Below, piece by piece: positions 34,140-43,351 of a DNA stretch of 64,000 nucleotides. The first letter of the stretch is position 1, and every line of letters begins with the position of its first letter. Position numbers and translations under genes: made by a program. Origin of the DNA: an uncultured archaeon (GTDB lineage Archaea; Iainarchaeota; Iainarchaeia; Iainarchaeales; GCA-2688035); contig CAZXIC010000001.1 of the NCBI GenBank assembly GCA_964640195.1, positions 83,363 through 147,362 of the forward strand. Direction: 5' to 3'. The notes under the pieces were generated by a model. The model searched no databases. It was not told where the DNA came from and worked only from the letters and a program-made list of their open reading frames with translations.

Positions 34140-34835
34140 CTATTCTTTTAATGTTTCAACCACAAGCCCTTTGTCGCTTATCTTCACAGGGTGCAGCTCC
34201 TCGCTGTGCGCTGTTCCCCTCATCTTTACAACGCTCAGGACCCTTTCAAACGTTACTGCTTTCCTTAAGCGACCCATCAGGATAAGCCCGTCAAACAGGA
34301 AGTCCTCCGGGCTGAATTCAACATTGTCAAAGTCTGTTCTGCGCTTCTCTGCCGTAACAAGCAGCGTCACGTTCTCCCTTGTAAGCATTTCAACAAAGTT
34401 AAGCACTTTCAGCCTGAAATCCTTCAAATCAGAGGCAAGGTATTCAAACGGGGTTATTGAATCAATCGCCACCCTTGTGACCTCTGCCCTTTTCACATGC
34501 TTCACCAGCTCGTCTGGAGCCATTTCCCCGCCCTTGGAAATAGGGACTTTCATCAGCGTAACCAGGCCGTCCTTTTCAAACTGCTCCAGGGGCATGCCCA
34601 GCGACCTTGCGATTTCCCTCACCTTTTCAACGCTCTGCTCTGACGTAACAAACACACCTGACTCACCGTAAACCCTCGCACCATTGTAGATGAACTGCAG
34701 GGCGAGGATGCTCTTGCCTGCGCCTGGCTCGCCTGTTACGATAACGCTGCTTCTTCTCCTGAATCCTTTTATGGCGAACGCCTCATCCAAGCCAGGGGTG
34801 CCTGTCTTTATTGTGTTTTCTTCTGCCTGCGCCAT
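34140..34835 (-). CDS. KaiC-like/RecA-superfamily ATPase (single domain)
   Basis: GTPGLDEAF...VIVTGEPGAGKSILALQF. Confidence 0.7.
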   Translation of the reverse strand: MAQAEENTIKTGTPGLDEAFAIKGFRRRSSVIVTGEPGAGKSILALQFIYNGARVYGESGVFVTSEQSVEKVREIARSLGMPLEQFEKDGLVTLMKVPISKGGEMAPDELVKHVKRAEVTRVAIDSITPFEYLASDLKDFRLKVLNFVEMLTRENVTLLVTAEKRRTDFDNVEFSPEDFLFDGLILMGRLRKAVTFERVLSVVKMRGTAHSEELHPVKISDKGLVVETLKE

Positions 34836-34979
34836 GCCTGAAAACCACTAAATAAAATAGTTAATCTGCTATTTAATTATTTATGCTGCAGGGTAGCAGG
34901 GGTTTTTTGGAAGAATTGGGGTGGCTGCTTATGCTGGAAACAATTGAACGCTTTTTGGGGGAAAAGAGGCTGCTTGCTT

Positions 34980-35582
34980 ATGCTAGAAAACGTTAAGCGT
35001 TTTTTGGAGGAACAGGAATTGCGCTTGGTCAAAAAAATTGCAAGGGGATGGAGCAGCGAAATCTTTCTGGCGGAAAACAGCAAGGGAAAAAAATTCATCC
35101 TGAAGGCGGAAAGGGAAAAATCAACGCGGTTCAAAATGGCGGAAAGGGAAGCGGAAAACCTGCGGAAAGCAAACAGTGCAGGCATCGGCCCAAAACTTGC
35201 CGGGTTTGATTTGGAGAAAAGGATAATTTTAATGGAAGCGATTGCCGGGCAAACGTTTTCCGAATGGCTCTTCGGAGGAAAGCCGGGGAAAAAGGAACTG
35301 CTCTTGGTTACAAGGGAATTAATGCGCCAGGCAAAAAAGCTGGATGAGATTGGATTGGACCACGGGCAGCTTGCCGGAAAAGGGAAAAACATTTTGGTGC
35401 AACGCAGCAAGCCGGTGATAATTGACTTTGAGAAGGCAAGCAGCAACAGAAAATGCCACAACCTTTCAACAATTGAGGGCTTTTTATTCAAAAACCCCCG
35501 CAGTGCGATTGCGGCAAAGGTCAGGGAAACCCTCGGCTTGCAGCCTGCACTCAAAGCCGAGAGCCAAAATTTAAATAGATGA
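34980..35582 (+). CDS. Small Ser/Thr kinase-fold protein, Bud32/RIO-like
   Basis: ARGWSSEIFLAE...ILKAEREK...DHGQLAGKGKNILVQ...IIDFEKAS. Confidence 0.5.
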   Translation: MLENVKRFLEEQELRLVKKIARGWSSEIFLAENSKGKKFILKAEREKSTRFKMAEREAENLRKANSAGIGPKLAGFDLEKRIILMEAIAGQTFSEWLFGGKPGKKELLLVTRELMRQAKKLDEIGLDHGQLAGKGKNILVQRSKPVIIDFEKASSNRKCHNLSTIEGFLFKNPRSAIAAKVRETLGLQPALKAESQNLNR

Positions 35583-35612
35583 CTGTAGACAGGTATCTAT
35601 GAGGATGGGGCT

Positions 35613-35897
35613 ATGGATAAAATGACTAGGGAGAAAATGCTTAAGAGCATGTTACAAAAGTATGCAAAAGATGGACATATAGGAAATTTCAGCCCAGAGC
35701 AATTGGGTCTTGTTCAAGCAGGGAAGCTCTATAACAAGGGCAAAAGAACATTGAATGTTTCAAAACTCTCCGAGCTTCTAGCAGCTGAAACGGCTGAAGT
35801 AGCAGCAGTTAAAAAAAAGAAAAAACAGCGGGTAAGAGGCAAAAGAAGAAAAAAACTACAGCGAAGAAGAAGTTTTAGACCCAAGCTGCGGCTATAG
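35613..35897 (+). CDS. Small basic protein with a Lys/Arg-rich C-terminus, unknown function
   Basis: ORF with a GGATGGGG ribosome-binding-like site. Confidence 0.4.
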   Translation: MDKMTREKMLKSMLQKYAKDGHIGNFSPEQLGLVQAGKLYNKGKRTLNVSKLSELLAAETAEVAAVKKKKKQRVRGKRRKKLQRRRSFRPKLRL

Positions 35898-35945
35898 AAA
35901 GGTTCTGTTTCTAGAAATCTGAAGCCCAAACAAAAAAAAGAAGCA

Positions 35946-36356
35946 CTACTTCCTGAATTTCCTGTCAACCTCGTTGATTAGGACATCGCAGGCTGCCTTG
36001 ATTGACTCAAGCTGCGTTATGATGCGCTCTTTTTCCTTTTCAATGTCCTGCACTGTTTCATATGGCTCAACTGCCTCGCGCAGCATGCCTCCATCAACGT
36101 AAGCATAGGGGTGCGAGTCCATTTTATTTGCAATCCTTTGCACCATTTTCCCAAGCCACAGGTTCATTTCGTCCTTTACCTGGCCCTTGATTTGCTTCCC
36201 CTGCCTCAAATGCTTTCTCAGCATGTTCACAATCGTTGCCCTCGGGAATGGCAGCTTTTCCTCAGGAATCTCGCTCTCCTCTTCCTCTTCAGGCCCCTCT
36301 TCTTCAGCTTCACCCTTCTCTGCAGCAGCAGCTTCTTTCTTCTTTGCTTTTACCAT
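35946..36356 (-). CDS. Histone-fold/DUF1931-like protein with an acidic N-terminal tail
   Basis: Glu-rich N-terminus; helix-loop-long-helix pattern. Confidence 0.3.
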   Translation of the reverse strand: MVKAKKKEAAAAEKGEAEEEGPEEEEESEIPEEKLPFPRATIVNMLRKHLRQGKQIKGQVKDEMNLWLGKMVQRIANKMDSHPYAYVDGGMLREAVEPYETVQDIEKEKERIITQLESIKAACDVLINEVDRKFRK

Positions 36357-36649
36357 AACACAACCACCCTCACGATTTTTTAAAACAAGGCACTAAAATT
36401 AAGCACATAATTTGGGAAACATTCAAATTTTAAAGGCTTGCTACGAAGAATCAGGGGTGCTTCTTTTTGCCCATAAGGTACCTTGGCCAGAATTTAGCAG
36501 CCATTTTAGTCATCCCCCAGAAGCTGAACTTATCCGCCAGTTTCTGGGGTTTTATTGGGCGCATAATAAAATACTCTCTGCAGGAATTAATAAGCTTTTC
36601 TTTTCGCACGGGCGTCGCGAATATCTAAATTTGCAAAGTAGCCTAATCG

Positions 36650-36967
36650 TCACACCTTGCTTGCCCTTATGAGAACTTCTCCATTATGCTCTTCAACGAA
36701 CACTTTCTCCTTCTCCTTTAAATGCAGTTTCTTTGCTATCTTTGCAGGAATTATTGCGGCAAGGCTGTTCCCTACTTTAACAAGCCTTCTTTCCTCGGCC
36801 TTGGCTTTCTGCATTGCCTCAATCTTTTCCATTATTTCCTGCGAATACCAGACTTTGTTGCACTTGCTGCATCTAAAAGCCTCCACCTTTATGCCCGGCT
36901 CCACTTCATCCAAAACCTTGCGAAGCTTTCCTTTCTCGCAATTCGGGCATTTTTCTCCTTCCAACAT
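36650..36967 (-). CDS. Zn-ribbon plus AbrB-domain protein (paralog of 27315..27650)
   Basis: CPNCEKG...CSKCNK; VKVGNSLAAIIPAKIAKKL. Confidence 0.55.
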   Translation of the reverse strand: MLEGEKCPNCEKGKLRKVLDEVEPGIKVEAFRCSKCNKVWYSQEIMEKIEAMQKAKAEERRLVKVGNSLAAIIPAKIAKKLHLKEKEKVFVEEHNGEVLIRASKV

Positions 36968-36970
36968 ATT

Positions 36971-37195
36971 CTATCGCCTCACGTTCCAGTAAGCGGTTAC
37001 AACAAAACACTTCTCGCCCCTGTCTTTCCAAACAACAACAAGTTCACCTTTCCTGTATTTTTTCCTGCTCTTGAACTTCTTTGGCTTCTCATCCAACTGC
37101 TTTTTGCCTGTTTCAATGCAGTCAATTGCAAGCGTTGTGTCAATCTCCTTGTCCCTGCTGTAATGCTTGCTGAAGAAAAACAGGCGCTTCAACAA
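36971..37195 (-). CDS. DUF4258-like (RelE-fold) toxin candidate
   Basis: SKHYSRDKEID...GELVVVWKDRGEKCFVVTAYW pattern, also seen in 52241..52483. Confidence 0.45.
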   Translation of the reverse strand: MLKRLFFFSKHYSRDKEIDTTLAIDCIETGKKQLDEKPKKFKSRKKYRKGELVVVWKDRGEKCFVVTAYWNVRR

Positions 37196-37243
37196 AACCG
37201 CCTAAAAAGTATATATTAATACTAACTAATATAAACATATCGC

Positions 37244-37262
37244 TGCCTCAGTCCGCCCATCT
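37244..37262 (+). repeat. 19-bp direct repeat TGCCTCAGTCCGCCCATCT, copy 1
   Basis: Three copies at 37244, 37857 and 38343. Confidence 0.6.
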
Positions 37263-37290
37263 AACTCGAAAGATGAAGAATAGTTCCAGA

Positions 37291-37569
37291 CTACCTTCTG
37301 TAGATGTCATCATGGTGCTGCAGGTCCTCAAACTTTATTTTGCCGCTTTTTTTGTCAGATTTGAAAATAAGGACAAAATGCGAGAGTATGTGCACTCTCT
37401 TAAATTCCTTCAGGCCATATGACAGGTTTTTGTAGTGCTCTACATCCTGGTTGGAACATATTTCATCAATCTTCTTGAGAGCGGCTTCATACCTTAGCCT
37501 ATCCTTCTTGGCAAGTTTCTTCAGAATCCGCTTAAGCTTAACACTTATTTCAAATTCATGCATCTTCAA
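37291..37569 (-). CDS. RelE/ParE-family toxin
   Basis: KRVHILSHFVLIFKSD...DLQHHDDIYRR. Confidence 0.6.
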   Translation of the reverse strand: MKMHEFEISVKLKRILKKLAKKDRLRYEAALKKIDEICSNQDVEHYKNLSYGLKEFKRVHILSHFVLIFKSDKKSGKIKFEDLQHHDDIYRR

Positions 37570-37798
37570 GCGCCGCCCTCAGCTTTTTAACGCTTGAAAA
37601 TTTCTCGAACTTGCCTTTGTCTATTTTCAGAAGCTCTTCCCTGTATTCAGGCTTCAGCTCAGGCTCCAAAAAAGCCTCTTCAAATTTTGAAACAATCAGG
37701 TTTGCTGCCTCGGACTTGTTGCCCAAGCCATACTTGCCCTTCACAATCGTAAGCACCCTGTCCTGGCGCTCATGAAAATCAATCACTGCCTTAGCCAC
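37556..37798 (-). CDS. Antitoxin candidate (14-nt overlap with the toxin)
   Basis: Operon arrangement. Confidence 0.45.
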   Translation of the reverse strand: MAKAVIDFHERQDRVLTIVKGKYGLGNKSEAANLIVSKFEEAFLEPELKPEYREELLKIDKGKFEKFSSVKKLRAALEDA

Positions 37799-37856
37799 TA
37801 AATCACCAATATAATTTATAATAAAATGTAATAAAAAGATATGTTTTCAACAAAAG

Positions 37857-37875
37857 TGCCTCAGTCCGCCCAACT
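37857..37875 (+). repeat. 19-bp direct repeat, copy 2 (TGCCTCAGTCCGCCCAACT), followed by the imperfect inverted partner GGACTCAGAG
   Basis: Sequence match. Confidence 0.6.
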
Positions 37876-37907
37876 TAGTTCAAAAATGGACTCAGAGCTA
37901 CATTGGC

Positions 37908-38282
37908 TTGGTTAGATTTCAGACAGGCATATTTTTATTCTTCTTATTGGCCCATTGTATTATGGGCAAAAACTTTGAACGGATGAGTGCGTACGAACTT
38001 TGGCAGTTGAAATTCAGCGATGATTTTAAATCTTTTGGCCACAAAGAATTAACGGAACTTGAATCAACGGCTAAAAAACTTTTGCAACAAAAAAAGACCA
38101 AATTGGGAACGTATAAAGGCAGAAACCCAACCGGGCATTATAAAACCTCAGAAGACATACTAATGCTAGAGGGGTTGCTTAGTTCTGTAAGAGTATCAAA
38201 ATTAAGAAAACAAAACCCTAGAATGAGATCGGGTTTTCTGCGAATCCCCAAATTGAGATTACCTAAACGTAGGAGAAAGTAA
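37908..38282 (+). CDS. Hypothetical protein with an N-terminal hydrophobic segment
   Basis: ORF between repeat copies 2 and 3. Confidence 0.35.
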   Translation: MVRFQTGIFLFFLLAHCIMGKNFERMSAYELWQLKFSDDFKSFGHKELTELESTAKKLLQQKKTKLGTYKGRNPTGHYKTSEDILMLEGLLSSVRVSKLRKQNPRMRSGFLRIPKLRLPKRRRK

Positions 38283-38342
38283 TCTCTAAATAATTCAACT
38301 TCCAGTTTTCTTATTCAACTAAAATGGATAGGAAATAGTCAC

Positions 38343-38361
38343 TGCCTCAGTCCGCCCATCT
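38343..38361 (+). repeat. 19-bp direct repeat, copy 3
   Basis: Sequence match. Confidence 0.6.
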
Positions 38362-38511
38362 TTCGTCATCGCTTTCGCTCTGCCTCATCGTCAGATCATC
38401 ATCGGCAATAAATACAGTGTCTGCAATGCATTAAATTGTTTGCTCTGCTGGAAGAAACAGCGTTGGTATGGGTAATGCAAGCGGCACTTCAGCCACTGAA
38501 CAAAAAAAGAA

Positions 38512-38540
38512 AAAAGCAGGCGCTTGGGAAAAAACGCCTG
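38512..38540 (-). terminator. Hairpin CAGGCG-N12-CGCCTG followed by a T-run, downstream of the SIMPL gene
   Basis: Inverted repeat and oligo-T on the minus strand. Confidence 0.5.
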
Positions 38541-38546
38541 TCAAAC

Positions 38547-39413
38547 CTACTGTATTTCAAACTGCACGCTGACTGTTGCAGTGAACTCTATGTCGCCGGG
38601 GCTTATCGGTGTGGGTGCTTCATCAACAGCAGCGCCTGCAGCCATTTCATAGGCCCTGGCATAATATGGGGTGACGTAGCTTGAGCTTTCGCTGGCGCTG
38701 TAAACCTGGCCAACACCTATGCCAAGCCCTGACGCAATGCTCTGCGCTTTCACCTGCGCGTTCGCTGCAGCGTCCTTCAAAGCCGCTGCCCTGAGCGCTG
38801 CCTCAGTTTCCTTTGTCAGGGAAAAGCTGACACCGCTGACGCTGTTTGCACCGGCCTGCACCGCAGCGTCAATAGTGCTGCCGACCTTGTCCAGGTCGCG
38901 CACTTTTGCCCTGATGCTGTTCGTTGTCCTGTATCCGACTGACTCGGATTTGCGCAGCACCTCATTCCACTCGAATTCTTCACGCAGGCTGTAACTTGAG
39001 GTTTCTATGTCCTCTGAATCAATGCCGGCGTTCTCCAGAGCAGCCATTACCTGGTTTGCCAGGACAGCATTGTCGCTCTGGCTTTTGCTGGCGCTCCTGT
39101 CAAGGGTTTCAATGCTCAGGGTGATGTAGGCGATTTCCGGGCTGGCTGTCTTTGTCACGGTTCCCGCGACTGAAATCAGCCGAATCCTGTCCCCGGATTC
39201 ATCTTCAGCAAAGCTTATTATGCCCTCTCCCAATTCTGCCATAGAGCCCTCGCTTTGGATATTTCCTGCCCTTTCAAGATAGCTGGGCAGCTGCACTACT
39301 ATTCCCTTTTGTTCTGCCGGCTGCTGGTTCAGCGCGAAAAAGCCGAAGCCGATTGCAACAATCAGTGCTGCGGCAACAATTGAGGCAGGCAAAACCCAGT
39401 TGTTTTCAGCCAT
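38547..39413 (-). CDS. SIMPL-domain (DUF541) membrane-anchored protein
   Basis: SIMPL-like C-terminal region; GGAGGTGA ribosome-binding site 6 nt upstream of the ATG at 39413. Confidence 0.7.
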   Translation of the reverse strand: MAENNWVLPASIVAAALIVAIGFGFFALNQQPAEQKGIVVQLPSYLERAGNIQSEGSMAELGEGIISFAEDESGDRIRLISVAGTVTKTASPEIAYITLSIETLDRSASKSQSDNAVLANQVMAALENAGIDSEDIETSSYSLREEFEWNEVLRKSESVGYRTTNSIRAKVRDLDKVGSTIDAAVQAGANSVSGVSFSLTKETEAALRAAALKDAAANAQVKAQSIASGLGIGVGQVYSASESSSYVTPYYARAYEMAAGAAVDEAPTPISPGDIEFTATVSVQFEIQ

Positions 39414-39590
39414 GTTGCTTTCACCTCCGATAGAAAGAAGCGGGGTTTGCTTAAAAAAATCTTCGTTTTTGTTAGGAAAAAGCCTGCCCAATCTCGAGGG
39501 AATCCTGCTGCTCACTTTTTAGCGGCATTTTTAAAAGCAATGAACAGCCAAAAACTTCCTTAGAAAAGGATTTTGGAGGTGAACAGTTTT

Positions 39591-39869
39591 ATGGGAAAGC
39601 ATTATGAGCAAATGCCAGACCCTGAGGATATAAGGAAAGTCCTTGTGTCTGTGAGAAAGGAAATACCTGGGATGATTAGGGACGTTGTGGAGGTTCTGTA
39701 CAGCGAAAAGTCCGCGAAGAGCATGGGCAAGGCTGTTGGCACCTACTACAAGACCCTAACCCAGAGCGGCATACCCAGGGACCTTGCCCTTGAGATGACA
39801 AAGGGCTATGTCCTGAACATAAACGAGATGTTCAAAAAGCAGAACTGGGGAAAGCATGAGCACTACTAA
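39591..39869 (+). CDS. Hypothetical protein
   Basis: GGAGGTGA ribosome-binding site upstream of the ATG at 39591. Confidence 0.45.
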   Translation: MGKHYEQMPDPEDIRKVLVSVRKEIPGMIRDVVEVLYSEKSAKSMGKAVGTYYKTLTQSGIPRDLALEMTKGYVLNINEMFKKQNWGKHEHY

Positions 39870-40062
39870 AGGCAGGCTTAGGAAGGCAATTGGCTTCGTT
39901 CCGCTAATACCAATAGCCATCATCTTTGTGGCGCAAATGACGCTTCTCATGATAGACTTCAAGCTGAAGCAGAGGCGTAGCAAGAAATACTTCAAGCAGG
40001 GCCTAGTTAAGGCAGGTCTGCCTGAGAAGGAAGCAAAGGTGCTTGCAAGGGGTTGGGGCTAG
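39856..40062 (+). CDS. Small membrane protein
   Basis: Overlapping operon; one TM helix. Confidence 0.35.
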   Translation: MSTTKGRLRKAIGFVPLIPIAIIFVAQMTLLMIDFKLKQRRSKKYFKQGLVKAGLPEKEAKVLARGWG

Positions 40063-40511
40063 TGCCTTCGGAAAAAAATCTGGAAAAGCGCTTTCTGTTG
40101 CTGCAGAAAAGGCTTGACGAAATAGAGAGCGCCATCCCACTGGCTTCAGAGCTTGTCCAACTAAGCGAAAGGCTGAACATCCCCCTTAACCTTTACAGGG
40201 GAAAAATCAAGCAGTTGGTTGTGCTGGAAGGGCTGAGCAAAAGCCTGCCTGCAATAGCAAAGGACGACATTTCAAGGGCAATAATCCAGTCGCTTTTGTC
40301 AAAGCCTGAAAGGAACACTTCAAGCATCACAAACGAGGTGGCGCAGCTGAGGGGCAAGGCAAGCAGGAGAATAATTGCAGAAAGGCTTGGAAAACTTGCC
40401 GGGGTTGGAATTGTTGAAACCAGCCGGGGGAAAAACAACGAAAAAATCTACAGGCTGAGGGGAAAACCCGAACAGGCTGGAAAAAAACCGCGGAGAACGG
40501 CGCTTACCTGA
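40053..40511 (+). CDS. Hypothetical protein with a C-terminal winged-helix-like segment
   Basis: ORF in an overlapping operon. Confidence 0.35.
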   Translation: MGLVPSEKNLEKRFLLLQKRLDEIESAIPLASELVQLSERLNIPLNLYRGKIKQLVVLEGLSKSLPAIAKDDISRAIIQSLLSKPERNTSSITNEVAQLRGKASRRIIAERLGKLAGVGIVETSRGKNNEKIYRLRGKPEQAGKKPRRTALT

Positions 40512-40519
40512 AAACCGTC

Positions 40520-40999
40520 TCACGGGTTTAGAATCCAGATGCTATAATTCAGGAAAGCGGCAAAGCTTACCCAAAGTAAGTAGGGGACAAGCAGAAGCCC
40601 TGCCTTTTTCGATATCCTGTAGAAAAATATTGTGGTTGCGAGGATTGCAATCCAGAGCAGAACAATTTCTATGAAAGCAAGGAACGGGCTCTGCAATCCG
40701 AAGAAAAGGAACGACCACAAGACGTTCAGGGCTAACTGAAAGGCAAAAACAGAAACCGCCAGCTTGGCTCCCTTCTTTTCCAAACCCTTTTCCCAAACGA
40801 GGTAAAGGGAAAGCCCCATCAGCAGGAACAATGCAGTCCACACCGGCGCAAAAATCCAGTTTGGTGGTGTAAAAACAGGCCTTTGGATGCTGGCATACCA
40901 TCCGGTTATTGCAGGGGCAGTGAAAACCGAGCCAACAAAGCCAGCAAGCTGGCACAACAGGATTGCGGCAATGAGCCTCACAATATTGCTTCTGCCCAT
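40520..40999 (-). CDS. tspO: TspO/MBR family tryptophan-rich sensory protein
   Basis: WYASIQRPVFTPPNWIFAPVWTALFLLMG. Confidence 0.8.
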   Translation of the reverse strand: MGRSNIVRLIAAILLCQLAGFVGSVFTAPAITGWYASIQRPVFTPPNWIFAPVWTALFLLMGLSLYLVWEKGLEKKGAKLAVSVFAFQLALNVLWSFLFFGLQSPFLAFIEIVLLWIAILATTIFFYRISKKAGLLLVPYLLWVSFAAFLNYSIWILNP

Positions 41000-41104
41000 C
41001 TGCTAAGAGGATAAGCGTTGGCAAATATATAGTTATCTTCTGCACATACTGCTAGCTGCAGAGGAGCGAAAGCGATGAAGATTCGTTACGCTCCCTTTTA
41101 CCCC

Positions 41105-43351
41105 CTAGTTTTGCGGGTTTAGCTGCAAGACGAGCAATGCTGCTCCAATTTCTACCAATCCTTGAGAGCCTTCTGCCTTTATTATCTTTATATATTTTCC
41201 AGTTAAGTTTTTCTTTAAGATTTTTTTTGCTGAATTGAGCACAACTTTGTTTTGTGAAAGGGTCCCTCCAATTACAATGTATTCGGGGGAGATTATTTGG
41301 GTTATTTGGGCCATGGCGCAGCCTAACGCGGTCCCTGCACTTTCAAGGACTCTTTTTACCTCCTTTTTGTTGCACAATTCATTTAGCTTTTTAACCGATG
41401 AAACCACTATCTCGGCCTTCCTCAGCGAACTTTTGATTGAAAATATTGTTGCGAAATTTTTTAACACGCAAACTTTTTTCCCGACAGTTATTTGAAAATT
41501 TTCCAGGTTGGGGGTTGTTGCCTTGCTGTCCGAATAAAGCCTTCCATCCAAAACAAATCCCGCTTCAATTTTGGAGCCAACCGAAACGTATGCAAGCCTT
41601 TTTGTATTGTTTTTTGCTGCCTCTGCCAAAGCAATAGTGTTCGTGTAATTTTCGACAAAAATCCTTTCACCACTGATGCGCTTCATATTTTCCTTTATGT
41701 TAAAGTTCCTAAGGTTTGGCTGTTTTTTAACCGAAATAAGCCCCATCCTTCGCGAAATTTTTCCAGAGCAACTAAAACAAACCCCCTGGATTTCCCTATT
41801 TTTCTTCAAAAACCTGATTAGCCTCGCTGCTTTTTTGTAAACACCTTTTCTGCTTTCATTTTTCTTCAGACGTTCTGATTTTTTTGCCAGAACCTTCCCG
41901 TCCTCATTGACCAAACCCCCCAGCAGACTATTGGTGGAAACCCTTATCCCAATTGCTTTCGGTTTTTTTTCATCTTCAACTGCCTCCAAAATCCTTTTAA
42001 ACACCCTCAGATAAGACTTTGCGCAAGTGCTCCAGACGTATTTTTTCCTTACTTTTTTTAGCGCATTTTTCACTACCCTCCTCTTCAGTTTTTTGCTTTT
42101 AAGCAGCCGCTTTATTGTCTTTGCTATTTCCTTCGGCTTTTTAGGATTAAAAAGCAAGCCGTCCTGCCCGTTTTTAATTATTTCTGACGGCCCGCCAAAT
42201 TTTGTTGCCGCAACAGGCAGGCCGCAGCCCATCGCCTCAATAACCGTAAGCCCGAAAGGCTCTATTAGGGCGGGATTCACAAACACCCCGCCCTCTCTTG
42301 CAGCGACCCTGTAGAGCTCTGATATTTCCCCCGGGTACTTAAGTGAGATTGAGGGCAAACAAAAATTTCCAAAAAGATTGTGCTTTTGTATAACGTTGTT
42401 TATTTGGTCAATCAGTTTTTGCTCTTCTTCCTTGGCTGTTTCAACAGCAGGGGCAAAAATAACGAGGTTGGCCATCTTTTGAAGTTCCTTGTCCCCGGCG
42501 TAGGCCCTAATCAATGAAATGAGGTTTTTTCTTTTATCCATCCTGCTTATGGCTATAAGCATCGGCTTGAAGGGGTCCTCAAGGTTTTGTGTTAGAATGT
42601 TTTTTATTTTTTGTCTTGCAATTTTATGGTTTTTGTGTTTTTTTGGTTTAACTGTGTTGGGGGAAAAATTGTTTTGATTTATCCCGGGGGGGACAACATT
42701 TACCTTTCCGCTTTTCGAATCTATGTTATAGCCCTTGTATTGTTCTTCCAGTTCTGCAAAAGTGCTTACAATCAAGGCGTCAGAGTTTTCAATGGTTCTC
42801 TCCTCTGCTTCAATCCTTTTATCAAAATGGAATATCCTGTTGAATTTGCTGAAATTTTTTTTGTTCACGCCCAATTTCGCCATTTTGGGCTTTCCGAGCG
42901 AATGGCTGGTATGAACCTGCGGGATTCCCAGTTCAAACGAAAGCTTTGCGCAAACCAGCCCAGAGTCAGCGTAATTGCTTTGCAGGATATCCGGGATTTC
43001 CTTTGTTTTCTTGAAATATTTCTTTGTATTTTCAACAAACTCATCAATATGCGGCCAAAGATTGACTTTTTTAAGGTATTTTTTTCCGCCGCAGGGAATC
43101 CTTACAATCTTGACTTTTTCTGAAACCTGCTCAAAGGCTTTGTTGTAGCCGGGGTATTTTGGGTCCTCAATTTTTCTTGTGACAATTTCCACCTTTTTAA
43201 CGTCTTTTAATTTTACGAGTTCTTTTGCAAGTTCCAAAACGTATGTTATCTGGCCTCCCGTGTCTTCGTCCCTCCCAAGCTCTGGGTTTTTACCCCTCAA
43301 CAAGCCGTGCATGCTGTGCATTTGTATAAAAAGTTTCTTTCTTGCCATCAT
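41105..43351 (-). CDS. Sucrose-phosphate synthase (GT4) fused to a C-terminal ROK-family sugar kinase domain
   Basis: HSMHGLLRGKNPELGRDEDTGGQITYVLELA is the SPS hallmark; C-terminal LAYVSVGSKIEAGFVLDG...IGGT is ROK-like. Confidence 0.7.
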   Translation of the reverse strand: MMARKKLFIQMHSMHGLLRGKNPELGRDEDTGGQITYVLELAKELVKLKDVKKVEIVTRKIEDPKYPGYNKAFEQVSEKVKIVRIPCGGKKYLKKVNLWPHIDEFVENTKKYFKKTKEIPDILQSNYADSGLVCAKLSFELGIPQVHTSHSLGKPKMAKLGVNKKNFSKFNRIFHFDKRIEAEERTIENSDALIVSTFAELEEQYKGYNIDSKSGKVNVVPPGINQNNFSPNTVKPKKHKNHKIARQKIKNILTQNLEDPFKPMLIAISRMDKRKNLISLIRAYAGDKELQKMANLVIFAPAVETAKEEEQKLIDQINNVIQKHNLFGNFCLPSISLKYPGEISELYRVAAREGGVFVNPALIEPFGLTVIEAMGCGLPVAATKFGGPSEIIKNGQDGLLFNPKKPKEIAKTIKRLLKSKKLKRRVVKNALKKVRKKYVWSTCAKSYLRVFKRILEAVEDEKKPKAIGIRVSTNSLLGGLVNEDGKVLAKKSERLKKNESRKGVYKKAARLIRFLKKNREIQGVCFSCSGKISRRMGLISVKKQPNLRNFNIKENMKRISGERIFVENYTNTIALAEAAKNNTKRLAYVSVGSKIEAGFVLDGRLYSDSKATTPNLENFQITVGKKVCVLKNFATIFSIKSSLRKAEIVVSSVKKLNELCNKKEVKRVLESAGTALGCAMAQITQIISPEYIVIGGTLSQNKVVLNSAKKILKKNLTGKYIKIIKAEGSQGLVEIGAALLVLQLNPQN

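Noticed and set aside
37244-38361. CRISPR array
   Set aside because: Only three 19-bp repeat copies, with 486-613-bp intervals that contain protein-coding genes. No cas genes. Not CRISPR geometry.
22000-38500. Calling the accessory region an integron or an integrated mobile element
   Set aside because: No integrase, recombinase or transposase gene and no defined att pair are visible in the window. Only a cassette-like organisation can be stated.
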